DNA of 64,000 nucleotides from Bdellovibrionales bacterium (GTDB lineage Bacteria; Pseudomonadota; Alphaproteobacteria; JAIXQD01): NCBI GenBank assembly GCA_050248995.1, contig JBFWRI010000003.1, positions 28,619 to 92,618 of the forward strand, read 5' to 3'. Shown piece by piece: positions 53,976 to 63,647 of this stretch (position 1 is its first letter; each line of letters starts with the position of its first letter). The notes under the pieces were generated by a model. It saw only the letters and a program-made list of their open reading frames with translations, ran no database searches and was not told where the DNA came from. The position numbers and the translations under genes were made by a program.

Positions 53976-55145
53976 CTACTCCTCGCTGGATCCGCCACGC
54001 ACGGTAACGACAAGTACCTGCTGACCCAATGCATCATTTTTATGCAACCGCCCTAAGGGCTGCGGCTTTGCATCACGGAATCCGTGCAGCATCGTGCGCA
54101 CAGCATCTTCGAAAGTGCCATTAACAACGACTGATGCCTGGATGGGATAATCGTATTCAGCCTGCCAGTTGACCTCAACATTTGCGCGTGCCGCCCATTC
54201 GATCAGGACGTCATGCAGCATCTGGCCGACTTTTGCAGTCCATTGCCCGCTTTGATCGAAACCCATTGTCCCCGTGCCCGCAGGAACCACAGTATCTGTA
54301 CCGGGAAGCGGCGCCAGAGTCGTCTGTTCATTATCCAGCGTGCCTAGTGTGTGAACCGTATCGATTTTTGAGCCAACGGTAACTGGCCCGGTAATGCCTG
54401 CGGCAGCTTCGGCCCTGATATCAGGATCAAGACTTGTAATTTCTACCAGCTGCGCCGTTTTAGGTTTGCCGTTGAACTGGTCATTCACTGTAAAGTCATT
54501 ACCCAGAGGCCGTGATGGTTGCGTTGTCCCCAACGGCTGAACGGTTGGCGGAAGCCCTGCATCCATTGATGTTACTTCGCCTTGCACAACCATCCGCGAG
54601 GCGGGTTGTGCGTAAGCGGGGGCGGGAACAGGTTCAGGCGGTGGCGTTAAGACAACCGGCGGCTGTAGTCTGATAGGCATGTCTGTCGCATGCTGAGCAG
54701 CAGGCGATTTAGTAATCGCATTGGTAATCGACTGTTGCTGAACGCTCTGGCGCTGCTGCACAGGGGCAGCGGCCATTGGTACCGCTGGCAAGGGGGCAGC
54801 GGCATGGGCCCCGCGTTCAACGCGGACCATATTTGATGCAAATGTTGCTCGCAAACCCACAGCCTGAAGAGCTGATATCAGGACATCGCGCCAGGGCTGA
54901 CCACCCTGCCAGCTGACACGCGTTTGCAAGTCAACATCTTCTGCGATCGAATAAACCATACCACGCGGCAGAACTTGGCGGAGCGCAACGGTAAGCGGCA
55001 CCTGATCTGCAAAGCCTTCAACAACGATGTTGCTGGTTGTGGCAGGCGTACTGCCCGACGGAACATAACGGAAGCCAGCATCCGCTGGTGATGGGCAGAA
55101 AATAACTGCGCAAGCAAAAAGGGTTAGCAGCTTGAAACGACCCAT
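53976..55145 (-). CDS. periplasmic secretin-associated protein, TcpQ/PilM-like (tentative)
   Basis: Signal MGRFKLLTLFACAVIFCPSPADA. Pro-rich linker. C-terminal W-rich domain (IEWAARANVEVNWQAEYDY). Located immediately upstream of the secretin. Confidence 0.35.
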   Translation of the reverse strand: MGRFKLLTLFACAVIFCPSPADAGFRYVPSGSTPATTSNIVVEGFADQVPLTVALRQVLPRGMVYSIAEDVDLQTRVSWQGGQPWRDVLISALQAVGLRATFASNMVRVERGAHAAAPLPAVPMAAAPVQQRQSVQQQSITNAITKSPAAQHATDMPIRLQPPVVLTPPPEPVPAPAYAQPASRMVVQGEVTSMDAGLPPTVQPLGTTQPSRPLGNDFTVNDQFNGKPKTAQLVEITSLDPDIRAEAAAGITGPVTVGSKIDTVHTLGTLDNEQTTLAPLPGTDTVVPAGTGTMGFDQSGQWTAKVGQMLHDVLIEWAARANVEVNWQAEYDYPIQASVVVNGTFEDAVRTMLHGFRDAKPQPLGRLHKNDALGQQVLVVTVRGGSSEE

Positions 55146-55270
55146 ATCCTCACCATGGTAGGCAAACACGTAAAACCGACTGGAATCGGTTGTACCATAG
55201 ATATCAGATAGTTAAAGGGGCCTTGCTGAAACGATAGAGATTCGGTCGGCGCAGTTACTGGGCCGAAACG

Positions 55271-55540
55271 CTAACCGAAGTCAACATAGCGTGCCTTATG
55301 ATGGCTGAGGATCCTTGGACGATGAGCGCCGACAATCCAATAGCGCAATGCACGCAACGACGCATCAAATGACATCCCGCGTTGTTCTAACACATATAAT
55401 ATACCGATTATAACGACTACGAGACCAAGTGTCCAAAGTCGCATATGCATAAGAAAGAACAGGAGGAAAAGCGCACCCCGCGCATCCGTGTTAAACAGAA
55501 AGCGGGCTGACTTCATCGAATTACGCCAATGCAAATCCAT
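55271..55540 (-). CDS. small membrane protein (89 aa)
   Basis: Two predicted TM segments. Weak support. Confidence 0.3.
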   Translation of the reverse strand: MDLHWRNSMKSARFLFNTDARGALFLLFFLMHMRLWTLGLVVVIIGILYVLEQRGMSFDASLRALRYWIVGAHRPRILSHHKARYVDFG

Positions 55541-55583
55541 CAGACCATCTTATCCACTAAAGGTTAAGGGAAGCCGAATCGAA

Positions 55584-56750
55584 TCAGTGGTCATCCTCTG
55601 CTCCGGCTGAGAAGCCCTTGGCGAGAATCAGGAACTGGCGACGGTCAATCAAGCCTGCATCATACGCGCGCTGCGCGCTGCGCTCCATCGGACGACCGAA
55701 TTGTACAACAAGACGCTGCGCTTCGCTCGTCCACCGTTCGAGCGGGGTTTCCAGCATGCGCTCGCGCAGGTCATCGCTGAAAATTAAAAACTCGCGCACA
55801 CCAATGCGACCACCACCCACTTTAGGCACCAGCGCCTGTGTAACGATGAGCCGCAATGTTTCCATCAGCGCGTATGCCCGTTCAGTTCTCTCGGCCGGCT
55901 CAAACACGGAAACCATACGACGGATCGTAGCGGCCACACCGATCGTGTGTGCCGTTGAATAAACGGTATGGCCCGTCTGCGCGGCTTCGATTGCAGCCGC
56001 AACGGTCTCGCGGTCACGCGCTTCACCAACCAGAATAATATTCGGCTTCCGCCGCAGCGCGTTGCGCACTCCCGCGGCAAATGTCGGGATATGGCGCGGC
56101 ACTTCGGTCTGCGCGACCAGACTTTTTGGCCCGACGATAGCGTCATATACATATTCGATAGGAGCCTCATACGTCAGCATTTTACCGCTACCTGCAGGAC
56201 GTTCAATCAGCATACGGTTGCCGGCGGCCAAAAGGGTAGACTTACCACTACCAGTTGGCCCGGTAATCAAAACGAGTCCCTGCCGCGGGGCCCACGCGTC
56301 AACAATCTCCTGCTCGATTCCTAGTTCAAGTAGTGTCGGTGGCAATGATGGCAACACACGCATAGTCACCTGCACAGCATCGCGGCCGCGCGAAAGAATG
56401 GCAGTAATGTTCACACGAAACCTGACACGCGAATTACGATCTAGTTTAATTTCGTAGCTGACATCGAGGTCCTTCCCTGCCGCCAGCTTAGCCAGCGCAT
56501 CAGGTCCGTAGATGCGATTAAGGACGGCCCCCATATCAGCCGAATCGAACGGGCGGCGTGTGCCTGGATACAGTGTGCCGTCAACTTCAATGTAAAGTGG
56601 ACGGTCTGTCTGGATCGAGATGTCCGATGCGCGTTTGTTGACCGCCCACATCAACATATCATCAAGATTCTCTTCACGCAGACGGGGTGGCTCTTCCGGC
56701 CACGGCTCCAAATCGACGATCTTGCCGTCTACCGGGGCGTCGGTTGCCAT
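55584..56750 (-). CDS. PilT/DotB-family hexameric ATPase
   Basis: LVLITGPTGSGKSTLLAA Walker A. IILVGEARD. 388 aa, no N-terminal GspE N-domain. Size and motifs are those of PilT/PilU/DotB. Confidence 0.85.
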   Translation of the reverse strand: MATDAPVDGKIVDLEPWPEEPPRLREENLDDMLMWAVNKRASDISIQTDRPLYIEVDGTLYPGTRRPFDSADMGAVLNRIYGPDALAKLAAGKDLDVSYEIKLDRNSRVRFRVNITAILSRGRDAVQVTMRVLPSLPPTLLELGIEQEIVDAWAPRQGLVLITGPTGSGKSTLLAAGNRMLIERPAGSGKMLTYEAPIEYVYDAIVGPKSLVAQTEVPRHIPTFAAGVRNALRRKPNIILVGEARDRETVAAAIEAAQTGHTVYSTAHTIGVAATIRRMVSVFEPAERTERAYALMETLRLIVTQALVPKVGGGRIGVREFLIFSDDLRERMLETPLERWTSEAQRLVVQFGRPMERSAQRAYDAGLIDRRQFLILAKGFSAGAEDDH

Positions 56751-57592
56751 CTGTCACTTTCTGTCACGAACTGGGAGGGCCCAGTGATTTCAAGGCCACG
56801 GTCGCCGATGCGCAGCTCGTTCCCATCTCCTGTAATGCCACGGTTTTCCGCTAGGGCATAAGGTGGGGTAATCATGCCCTGCGCTAGCAATTCGCGATAT
56901 CGTACCATCCCAACAAGATCGTTCGTCAGCCTGTCCAGATCGGCCTGAAAAATCTCATCAGCTTGCTCAACGCCGGCCTGCCAGCCAAATTTGATGCCCT
57001 GTTCCCACGACTTGCGCTCACGTTTCGTACGGGGACGCAGTAATCCGGGCGGTGGATCCACGACACCCCAATCGCGCTCAAGGTATGTACGCCAATCGCG
57101 CGGGGCGCTCACAATTTTTGCCTGACGGTTTATCTTCAGTACGCGATCAGCCGTTGCCGCTTCTTGCCCGCCCCCTTTGATTAATAACGCCTGCTGCGCT
57201 TCACTCACCACCGGCGGTTCAATCAACAATCCATTCGCCGACGGAATCAGCAGCCGACGGAAATCGTATATTCTGGTGAGATGAGATTCCTGTTCAGCCA
57301 GTCGCCGCTGAATTTCAAAAGTCCTGTAGGCCAATCCACCGCGTGCGCCGTATGACAGTGCGGCTTCTTCCAAAGCATCGGCCCGGATATCGAGAGAATT
57401 TTGTTTTTCTTTCTCGATAATATTCTGTTCGTCTTCTTCATCGTCAATCTTCGGGACATTCAGGACCGTCATGTAGTCTGGTGGCGGTGGGGACGCGGAT
57501 TCATCGTCATAAAGCTGGGCATGGGCCGACAGCGGGCTTGCACACAAAACTAGCAATAAAAACGCTATGTATTTATTCTTCAGATGCTGCAT
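56729..57592 (-). CDS. secreted protein, candidate DotC/TraI-like T4BSS core component (tentative)
   Basis: Signal MQHLKNKYIAFLLLVLCASPLSAHA. About 290 aa. Sits between the DotD-like lipoprotein and DotB-like ATPase genes, as in the Legionella dotDCB and R64 traHIJ arrangements. Confidence 0.4.
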   Translation of the reverse strand: MQHLKNKYIAFLLLVLCASPLSAHAQLYDDESASPPPPDYMTVLNVPKIDDEEDEQNIIEKEKQNSLDIRADALEEAALSYGARGGLAYRTFEIQRRLAEQESHLTRIYDFRRLLIPSANGLLIEPPVVSEAQQALLIKGGGQEAATADRVLKINRQAKIVSAPRDWRTYLERDWGVVDPPPGLLRPRTKRERKSWEQGIKFGWQAGVEQADEIFQADLDRLTNDLVGMVRYRELLAQGMITPPYALAENRGITGDGNELRIGDRGLEITGPSQFVTESDRWQPTPR

Positions 57593-58091
57593 AACGCATC
57601 TCGAGTGCACGATGGCTGGCATCCAGCACGATATCGGCGCGACCAGTCATCTGCAGCGCAGCGCTTTTAACCAGTTTAATAAGCGGCTGCTGATACTCGT
57701 CGACTGTGATTGTCACAGACGCGGTAGGTCGCGCACCCAAAACCCGAAACTGGTACCCTGCCCGCGCGGCCATCATTTGCAAGAATTGTTCTGCCGGGCC
57801 AACCCACGTAATTGTGACGGGCTCCATCAATTCAGGCGGCGCCGCGCTGTAATCATCAACATCAGGCGCAGGGCTACGCATCTGTTCGACGCCTGAAATC
57901 GTGTTAAGTGCCGTTGCAGCTTTTTCGGCAGCTTCGGCCAAGCGAAGAGTCACAGTGTCAGGAGCCGCGACAGCCGGCGCTGCCGCAGATGCTGCGGGTT
58001 GATCAGGTTGCGCCCCCCAATCGCCCATGCTGCCGCATGCCGCTAAAAGCGGTAACGCCAAGAAGATGGCAAACGCGCGCCAGTAACTCAT
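57573..58091 (-). CDS. lipoprotein, DotD/TraH-like (tentative)
   Basis: Lipobox LLAACGS. About 170 aa. Pattern LRLAEAAEKAATAL...W.GP.EQFL...A...GYQFRVLG..P...V.I........LIKLVKS...Q...A.IV......ALEMRY resembles DotD-family lipoproteins as recalled. Confidence 0.45.
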   Translation of the reverse strand: MSYWRAFAIFLALPLLAACGSMGDWGAQPDQPAASAAAPAVAAPDTVTLRLAEAAEKAATALNTISGVEQMRSPAPDVDDYSAAPPELMEPVTITWVGPAEQFLQMMAARAGYQFRVLGARPTASVTITVDEYQQPLIKLVKSAALQMTGRADIVLDASHRALEMRYAASEE

Positions 58092-58159
58092 TCTTTTGTC
58101 AGACCTTTTGACTCATGGAAAACTATACGCAACGTTTGGCAACCTGCCAAGCAAGCACG

Positions 58160-58429
58160 TCATTGCGTGTATTTGTAAGCCAGAAAGGCCAGCGCAGTGG
58201 ACGGAATCAGCAGCATCAGCCCATTGAACCATTCGGCCGATGCCAGATTGTAAAATGACAGCACATAAAGCATTCCGGCACCAAGACCATATATCAATGC
58301 CGCATTATTGATGCCCTTAGACCGCGCCTTGCCGGGCAACCGGGGTGGACCACCAGATTGTGATGGAAGCATAGGCTTCCCAGCGCGAGGGTTAATCTTA
58401 CTGAGAAGATTGTGCAATGGCGATGGCAT
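58160..58429 (-). CDS. small membrane protein (89 aa)
   Basis: Two hydrophobic helices. Positional call only. Confidence 0.3.
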   Translation of the reverse strand: MPSPLHNLLSKINPRAGKPMLPSQSGGPPRLPGKARSKGINNAALIYGLGAGMLYVLSFYNLASAEWFNGLMLLIPSTALAFLAYKYTQ

Positions 58430-58437
58430 TCTGCCTC

Positions 58438-59412
58438 TTACTGAAGCTTAGGTGGTGGGGCGATATCCCCGATCATTGCATCCCAGTCGCGCGGCAACTC
58501 ATTCAGCACCTTGATTGCCCCACCCTTAGATCGATAAATGAAGAAGGGTGTTCCATCAAGTTTCCAGCGATTGTAAAGACCTGCGACCAAGGCATAGTTC
58601 TGTTTACCCCTTGCTGTCGGCTCGCCTGCCAAGACATCCTTTGAGAAGTCTTTTTCAACGAACTCCTTGAACAACGTCAGATCATCAGGATTATCAAGTA
58701 GCTTTTGCGCCATGCGCATGCTGTCATCACCAAGGATACCAACCGGCAGGATGCGCACCAGAACCTTGTCCTTGCGGATGTAATCCTTATCCAGCTTTTT
58801 ATAGGCTTGTTTGCAGAACGGGCACCGCGGGTCAATGATCATAAGAAGTAGCGGCGCATCCTGATCGCCGATTTCGATATTGGGCGCCTGTGTGAACGAG
58901 GCATACATCTGGTCGCCTGGTTTATCGATATTGAGATTTGTCATAAGTTCATGGAAACCACGATCACGCTGCAGACGTGCCTTGGCTTCTTCGATCTTGT
59001 CAGTGAAAAGCTTGTTCACATCAGCTTCCCGCTCACGCAGATTTACCATCTGCTGTTCGGTTATGTTGCGACCATCGCGACCTGTTATAAACCCGACCAC
59101 TAAATCATTGCCATCAAGTGACGTGTATACAATCTGCACATAGTTCTGCGGCAACATCATGAACCAGCCATCAAGCCCCGCCGTGCGGCCCATGTAGAAG
59201 AAACGCGCCTGACGTTCGCGGAATGGCTTGAGCACCGGCAATGTTTGGGGATCGGGCGCATTATCGTACGAAATGCCCTGTGTATTGACTTTCAGTTCTT
59301 CGCGGTTAGGGCTTTTACCCAGGCCGGGGAGAATCATCGGTGGTGCAGTTTGCGCAACAGCTGACGATGCAGCAACCGTAACGACAAAAAACAAAATAAG
59401 AAATTTACGCAT
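58438..59412 (-). CDS. periplasmic thiol:disulfide interchange protein, DsbC/TrbB-like
   Basis: Signal MRKFLILFFVVTVAASSAVA. Thioredoxin-fold active site DPRCPFCKQAYKK (CxxC). Confidence 0.6.
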   Translation of the reverse strand: MRKFLILFFVVTVAASSAVAQTAPPMILPGLGKSPNREELKVNTQGISYDNAPDPQTLPVLKPFRERQARFFYMGRTAGLDGWFMMLPQNYVQIVYTSLDGNDLVVGFITGRDGRNITEQQMVNLREREADVNKLFTDKIEEAKARLQRDRGFHELMTNLNIDKPGDQMYASFTQAPNIEIGDQDAPLLLMIIDPRCPFCKQAYKKLDKDYIRKDKVLVRILPVGILGDDSMRMAQKLLDNPDDLTLFKEFVEKDFSKDVLAGEPTARGKQNYALVAGLYNRWKLDGTPFFIYRSKGGAIKVLNELPRDWDAMIGDIAPPPKLQ

Positions 59413-59453
59413 TACCTGTTCCTACCCCTTTAACCTATAAACTTATATCGCAC

Positions 59454-59951
59454 TTAGCGTTGCGCGATGGTCTGCGGTTTAGCCGGCGGCGCACCTGAGC
59501 CGGATTGTGCCGCTGTCTTGGTGCCATAGTCAATGAGCCCATGTCGTTCCATAGCTTTAACAACTTTTTGCGCATATTTGTGGCTTAGATGAGGCGTGCC
59601 CGAATGATAGTGCCCAATAGCCGTATAAAGGTTTTTTGTTTTTTCAAGGCGTCCGCGCAAAATCCACGCAGCCACATGCATGTTCACGCACCCATTATCA
59701 CGCACCCATGCCCGCGCCGTTCCCTGATCAACTCCCCAGTAACGCGCCAGTTCAGGCATCCATATAGTATTGATCTGCATCGGGCCGAGATCCGATGTAC
59801 CATTCGTATTGCGGACTTCCTGACCAATGCGTCCACCTTCGACATTCATGATGCCGACCATGACGGCTGGCGGAACGTTATAAGTCTGCGCTGCCATCAT
59901 CAGGCAGCCGGCGAGAACAGCAGCGGGTCCTGACATAATCATCCCTGCCAC
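59454..59951 (-). CDS. lytic transglycosylase (SLT domain)
   Basis: MNVEGGRIGQ...TSDLGPMQINTIWMP...HYHSG matches the EG...GPMQI... family 1 SLT motifs. 165 aa. Confidence 0.7.
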   Translation of the reverse strand: MAGMIMSGPAAVLAGCLMMAAQTYNVPPAVMVGIMNVEGGRIGQEVRNTNGTSDLGPMQINTIWMPELARYWGVDQGTARAWVRDNGCVNMHVAAWILRGRLEKTKNLYTAIGHYHSGTPHLSHKYAQKVVKAMERHGLIDYGTKTAAQSGSGAPPAKPQTIAQR

Positions 59952-60805
59952 TCCGGGTTATCGAGTTTACTACTAGCCGGCAATTCAACGTAAGCGGCAA
60001 GCGTTGTCAGCATACCCATGCGCTGGTCGAATTGCTGCCATACTTTCGTCATAGGCACCTGTTGCCCATGTTCGGCAAAATAGGCAGATCGTTCTTCGGG
60101 CTCCATGTACAGAAGACGGTCCGCTTCCGCGTAATGGCACTCTGTATAAATCTGGCCGGCCGATTTAATAACACTCCACGCCAGTATGCGCCATTCATCG
60201 GGCGTCGCCGTTGGGGGCGCCAACGCGCGCGTTACCATTTCAGACGCCTGCAGCAGGCGCTGCGTGACTTCAGATAAAAGCGCATGTTCCTGCCGACCGA
60301 ATGCATATTGTGCGCAAGCGCCAACAACAGGCGTCATCGCTTCCAGAAGCTTGGCGCGGAACATGCCGAGCCCCAACGGTCCATATTCAGGCCCAACAGG
60401 CAACAGCGACGGAAAACGTTTTTCAAATTCATTGAACGCCGCAGCAAGGCCGTCAGATTCAGCCGGCGGCAATGGTCGGCCGGTTGCGCGATAATGCGCG
60501 GCAACGCACTGACTTGACGCGGTGGCGAGACCCCAACGCACCCAATCATGTTCGGCGCCGGTACCGCCTCCAAGCTGTGTTGCTGTCTGCTGACTGAAAG
60601 TAACTGTATTATCAAGCAGCTTGCCCAGAAGATCGATGTTCTGGTTTGTTGCTTCCGTGCCGGTCTGGCCGATAGATCCCTGCACTTCGTAGATTGCCAT
60701 CAAAAGAGGCGTGATAATTTTCTGCACGGCGGCAACGCGCGCGCGCAAATCAGGACCGTGACCATCGGTCGATGAGGTATTTTCTTTCAGCGCCTGTTCC
60801 GCCAT
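59939..60805 (-). CDS. hypothetical cytoplasmic protein (288 aa) of the pilus/T4SS-like cluster
   Basis: No signal peptide. 13-nt overlap with the downstream transglycosylase gene. Preceded by a 180-nt lower-GC intergenic region (likely promoter). Confidence 0.4.
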   Translation of the reverse strand: MAEQALKENTSSTDGHGPDLRARVAAVQKIITPLLMAIYEVQGSIGQTGTEATNQNIDLLGKLLDNTVTFSQQTATQLGGGTGAEHDWVRWGLATASSQCVAAHYRATGRPLPPAESDGLAAAFNEFEKRFPSLLPVGPEYGPLGLGMFRAKLLEAMTPVVGACAQYAFGRQEHALLSEVTQRLLQASEMVTRALAPPTATPDEWRILAWSVIKSAGQIYTECHYAEADRLLYMEPEERSAYFAEHGQQVPMTKVWQQFDQRMGMLTTLAAYVELPASSKLDNPEWQG

Positions 60806-60987
60806 AGCCTCGCTACCATCGCTCCAGTGTACGCTTTAGTCCTTAACCCATTGATAAATCGTTTATCTTCAATGTGTCAGTGCGGCCCATGCCTTGAACA
60901 CTATGATTTATATGTATGGTCTTGATACCGAAACAACAAGCGGCGTTGCTATATCAGGAATCAGTGCTTCCCATAAACGGCCTGTAA

Positions 60988-62280
60988 CTACAGCTGGCCC
61001 CGGCTTTGCCGGACAGCGCGGCCAAGCGCGATGGCTTCGAGCAACATGTCACGTTCAGCGCTTTTATATTCCTGGAAGCGGAGCTGCAGCGCGACAGTTT
61101 TTGCGAAAACAAGGTTGGCGAGACTGTTTGACATCTGGCTTGCCGATGCTGCGATCATATCTTTGCTGGCCAGCTGCGCCAGGATAGCCAGCTTACGCTG
61201 GTAGTTCGAGGGTTGGTTTGCTGGGTTGAACAAGCCGAATAGAGACAACGGACCAAGAATCGGCGAGAAGGCCAGACGCACCCCCTGCACAAACGCATCA
61301 CCAATACTGCCCTGGTCAAAGTAAAGGCCTTCACGCTGCAGGCGACGGTAGGTGGGATTCAGGTTTTCTTCCGGCATGGCGGCTGAAAGCATCGCATTGT
61401 AAACGCCGTCCATCGGAACGCGATCTTGCCATGGAATGTTACACACCATACGGGCGAACTGGGCCGCTGCCTGCTCGGTCAGTGTATGTAAGTAACGCTT
61501 CAGGCTTTCAGGCCCCTGATAAATATTGCTGCCACGGATCATGTCGGGCCGTGAATTCGAAATCAGGTTGCGGCAGAAGGCCATACCGGCCGCCGCGTGT
61601 TCTTCATTATCAAACGCATCTGTATTCAAAACAGTTGTCGGGTTGATATCAGCATTCGGCATAGCCGCGTGATGCTCATCATCGCCATCACCAGCGCCTT
61701 CTTCAGGCCCGCCGACAAGCCCCATTTCCCGACAGCGTGCCTGTGTCTGCTCATCGTCGTCATACAGACAGGCGCCAGCCACTTCGGTTGCCGCCGCTAC
61801 AACCTGATTGTTGGGGTTTTCAACGCTTTCGCTACGACCCAGCGCATCGGCCAGCTGCAGTTGGCCAACATCCGCTCCCTGCGCTGTCGCCAGCATGTCA
61901 GAAACCTGCGCGCGGCGATTGTTGCCTGTCATCACGCACGCCATACGTTCGCGCGGAATGATATGATCGCGGGTTGCTTCGGCGATAAGCTTTGAGGTTT
62001 CAAGCTTGTGCTTGGCCCGCTGTTTGGCATCGGCCAGGCGGATATCAACGTTCAAGCTTGTCGTTTCGTACAGGGCATTGGGGCCATCAATCAGCGCAGT
62101 GGCAACGGCAGCTAACTGCGCTGCCTGCATTTGCACAAGCACAAGACCCTGACCGATTATTCCCATCGCTGCCAATACAGCTGCTTCCCACACCCACGCT
62201 TCAGCCTGACGCGGCGCAGCCGGCACCAGCATTGCCGCCATCAGGGTCACGATGAGGAAACGGCGAACCATTTTAAACAT
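60988..62280 (-). CDS. secreted hypothetical protein (430 aa) with C-terminal coiled-coil-like region
   Basis: Signal MFKMVRRFLIVTLMAAMLVPAAPRQAEA. Loosely resembles the upstream 454-aa protein in architecture. Confidence 0.45.
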   Translation of the reverse strand: MFKMVRRFLIVTLMAAMLVPAAPRQAEAWVWEAAVLAAMGIIGQGLVLVQMQAAQLAAVATALIDGPNALYETTSLNVDIRLADAKQRAKHKLETSKLIAEATRDHIIPRERMACVMTGNNRRAQVSDMLATAQGADVGQLQLADALGRSESVENPNNQVVAAATEVAGACLYDDDEQTQARCREMGLVGGPEEGAGDGDDEHHAAMPNADINPTTVLNTDAFDNEEHAAAGMAFCRNLISNSRPDMIRGSNIYQGPESLKRYLHTLTEQAAAQFARMVCNIPWQDRVPMDGVYNAMLSAAMPEENLNPTYRRLQREGLYFDQGSIGDAFVQGVRLAFSPILGPLSLFGLFNPANQPSNYQRKLAILAQLASKDMIAASASQMSNSLANLVFAKTVALQLRFQEYKSAERDMLLEAIALGRAVRQSRGQL

Positions 62281-62282
62281 GG

Positions 62283-63647
62283 CTAGCGTCCCCGGGCGCG
62301 GTCGATGTCAACCGCCAGTTGCGTGGCGCGCAAGAGCTGGATCTTTTCCCGCATTTTAAGGATGCGCCAGTTCAGTTGCGATTCAATCGCTTCCATGCCG
62401 ACAAGCGCTTGGGCAAGGTGACCCTCTTCGCCATTGCCCGTGGTGTTGCGGATGGCGCGCGGCGTTGCGTACAGGTCGGTACTGATGGTGCGCATCATCT
62501 CGTAGTCGCTCATCTTGACTGTACCTTCAAGCTCGCATGTTTGAACGGGGCCGAGAGGCCCTGTCTCGACACCTTCCTCAATGCTGCCAAGAAGGTCGCC
62601 GCTATGCGTTCCCCGGGTGTTGCTTAAGGCGCGGCGATAGGCACAAACCGCCTCGACAACCCATTCGAATGCCCTGTTATCGTCGGTGACTTCGATATCG
62701 ACACCCTTGCGTTTTGTCACCAGCTCTATACACGCGTCCAGCGCCATCATGATGCGGGCATCGGCGCTGCGCTGCTGCACGGCGCGCATAACAGCATCGG
62801 CATTCGCGGTGGCGTTGGCGCCACGCACGCGCTGGGCATATTCGGGCGAAATCGAATTCAGACAGAAGTCGATACCTGCTGTTATGCGCATGGCTTCTGT
62901 AATGTCGCCGCTGCCGTCAGCATATGTATCATTGCCAAAGATTGCTTTATTCGGATCAATGTCCCAATCCGGCATCGGTCCGTTTTCACACGGTGTCGAG
63001 GGCGCGGGCGCGCCTTCGACTGTCGGGCCGCGTTCGGTATCGCAGTTGCGGTACAGGCTATTCCGGTGGCGCGTGTTATTGATGTTGTAAAGCGACGAGT
63101 CATTGGCCGCAGATACCTCATCGGTGCCCGTGAAGATCTTCGCTATTTCGTTCATAACTTCCTGCTGCAGTGCGCGCTGCATCTGCTCGGGCGGGCGCCC
63201 GTCGTCGCCTTCAATATCGGTCATAACGCGCCGCCCACCGGGGGATCGCGTATAATTAAAGCGCGGCGGGCCGCGCCGCGGCCCGTAACTGCCGCCACCG
63301 GCGATATTAGCCACCTGCAGCTGTTCGACACCCGTACAGGTGGGCGACCGCATATTACGGTTTATCGAACGTGCACTTTCCACCTGGCTTGCACGCGCCT
63401 GTTCGGATCGCACTTCCGCGATCGACATGCGTTCGCGGAACTTCATCTGCAGCGAAGCGCTGAAGGCCGACCAGAAGCGGCGCAGAATGTCGCCCACAAC
63501 GGTTTGCGTCATATCACCGATAAAGACTTCACATATCGCCTGGCCGACGACCGGGATGAAGGCCAGCGGGCACGCCTGCGCCGGGCGGGCCTGCACTGTA
63601 AGCAAGACTGCAGCAAAAAAAGCAATAAGGGCGAAGCGCTTCATCAT
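62283..63647 (-). CDS. secreted hypothetical protein (454 aa) with C-terminal coiled-coil-like region
   Basis: Signal MMKRFALIAFFAAVLLTVQARPAQA. ATGA overlap with the upstream partial gene. Confidence 0.45.
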   Translation of the reverse strand: MMKRFALIAFFAAVLLTVQARPAQACPLAFIPVVGQAICEVFIGDMTQTVVGDILRRFWSAFSASLQMKFRERMSIAEVRSEQARASQVESARSINRNMRSPTCTGVEQLQVANIAGGGSYGPRRGPPRFNYTRSPGGRRVMTDIEGDDGRPPEQMQRALQQEVMNEIAKIFTGTDEVSAANDSSLYNINNTRHRNSLYRNCDTERGPTVEGAPAPSTPCENGPMPDWDIDPNKAIFGNDTYADGSGDITEAMRITAGIDFCLNSISPEYAQRVRGANATANADAVMRAVQQRSADARIMMALDACIELVTKRKGVDIEVTDDNRAFEWVVEAVCAYRRALSNTRGTHSGDLLGSIEEGVETGPLGPVQTCELEGTVKMSDYEMMRTISTDLYATPRAIRNTTGNGEEGHLAQALVGMEAIESQLNWRILKMREKIQLLRATQLAVDIDRARGR

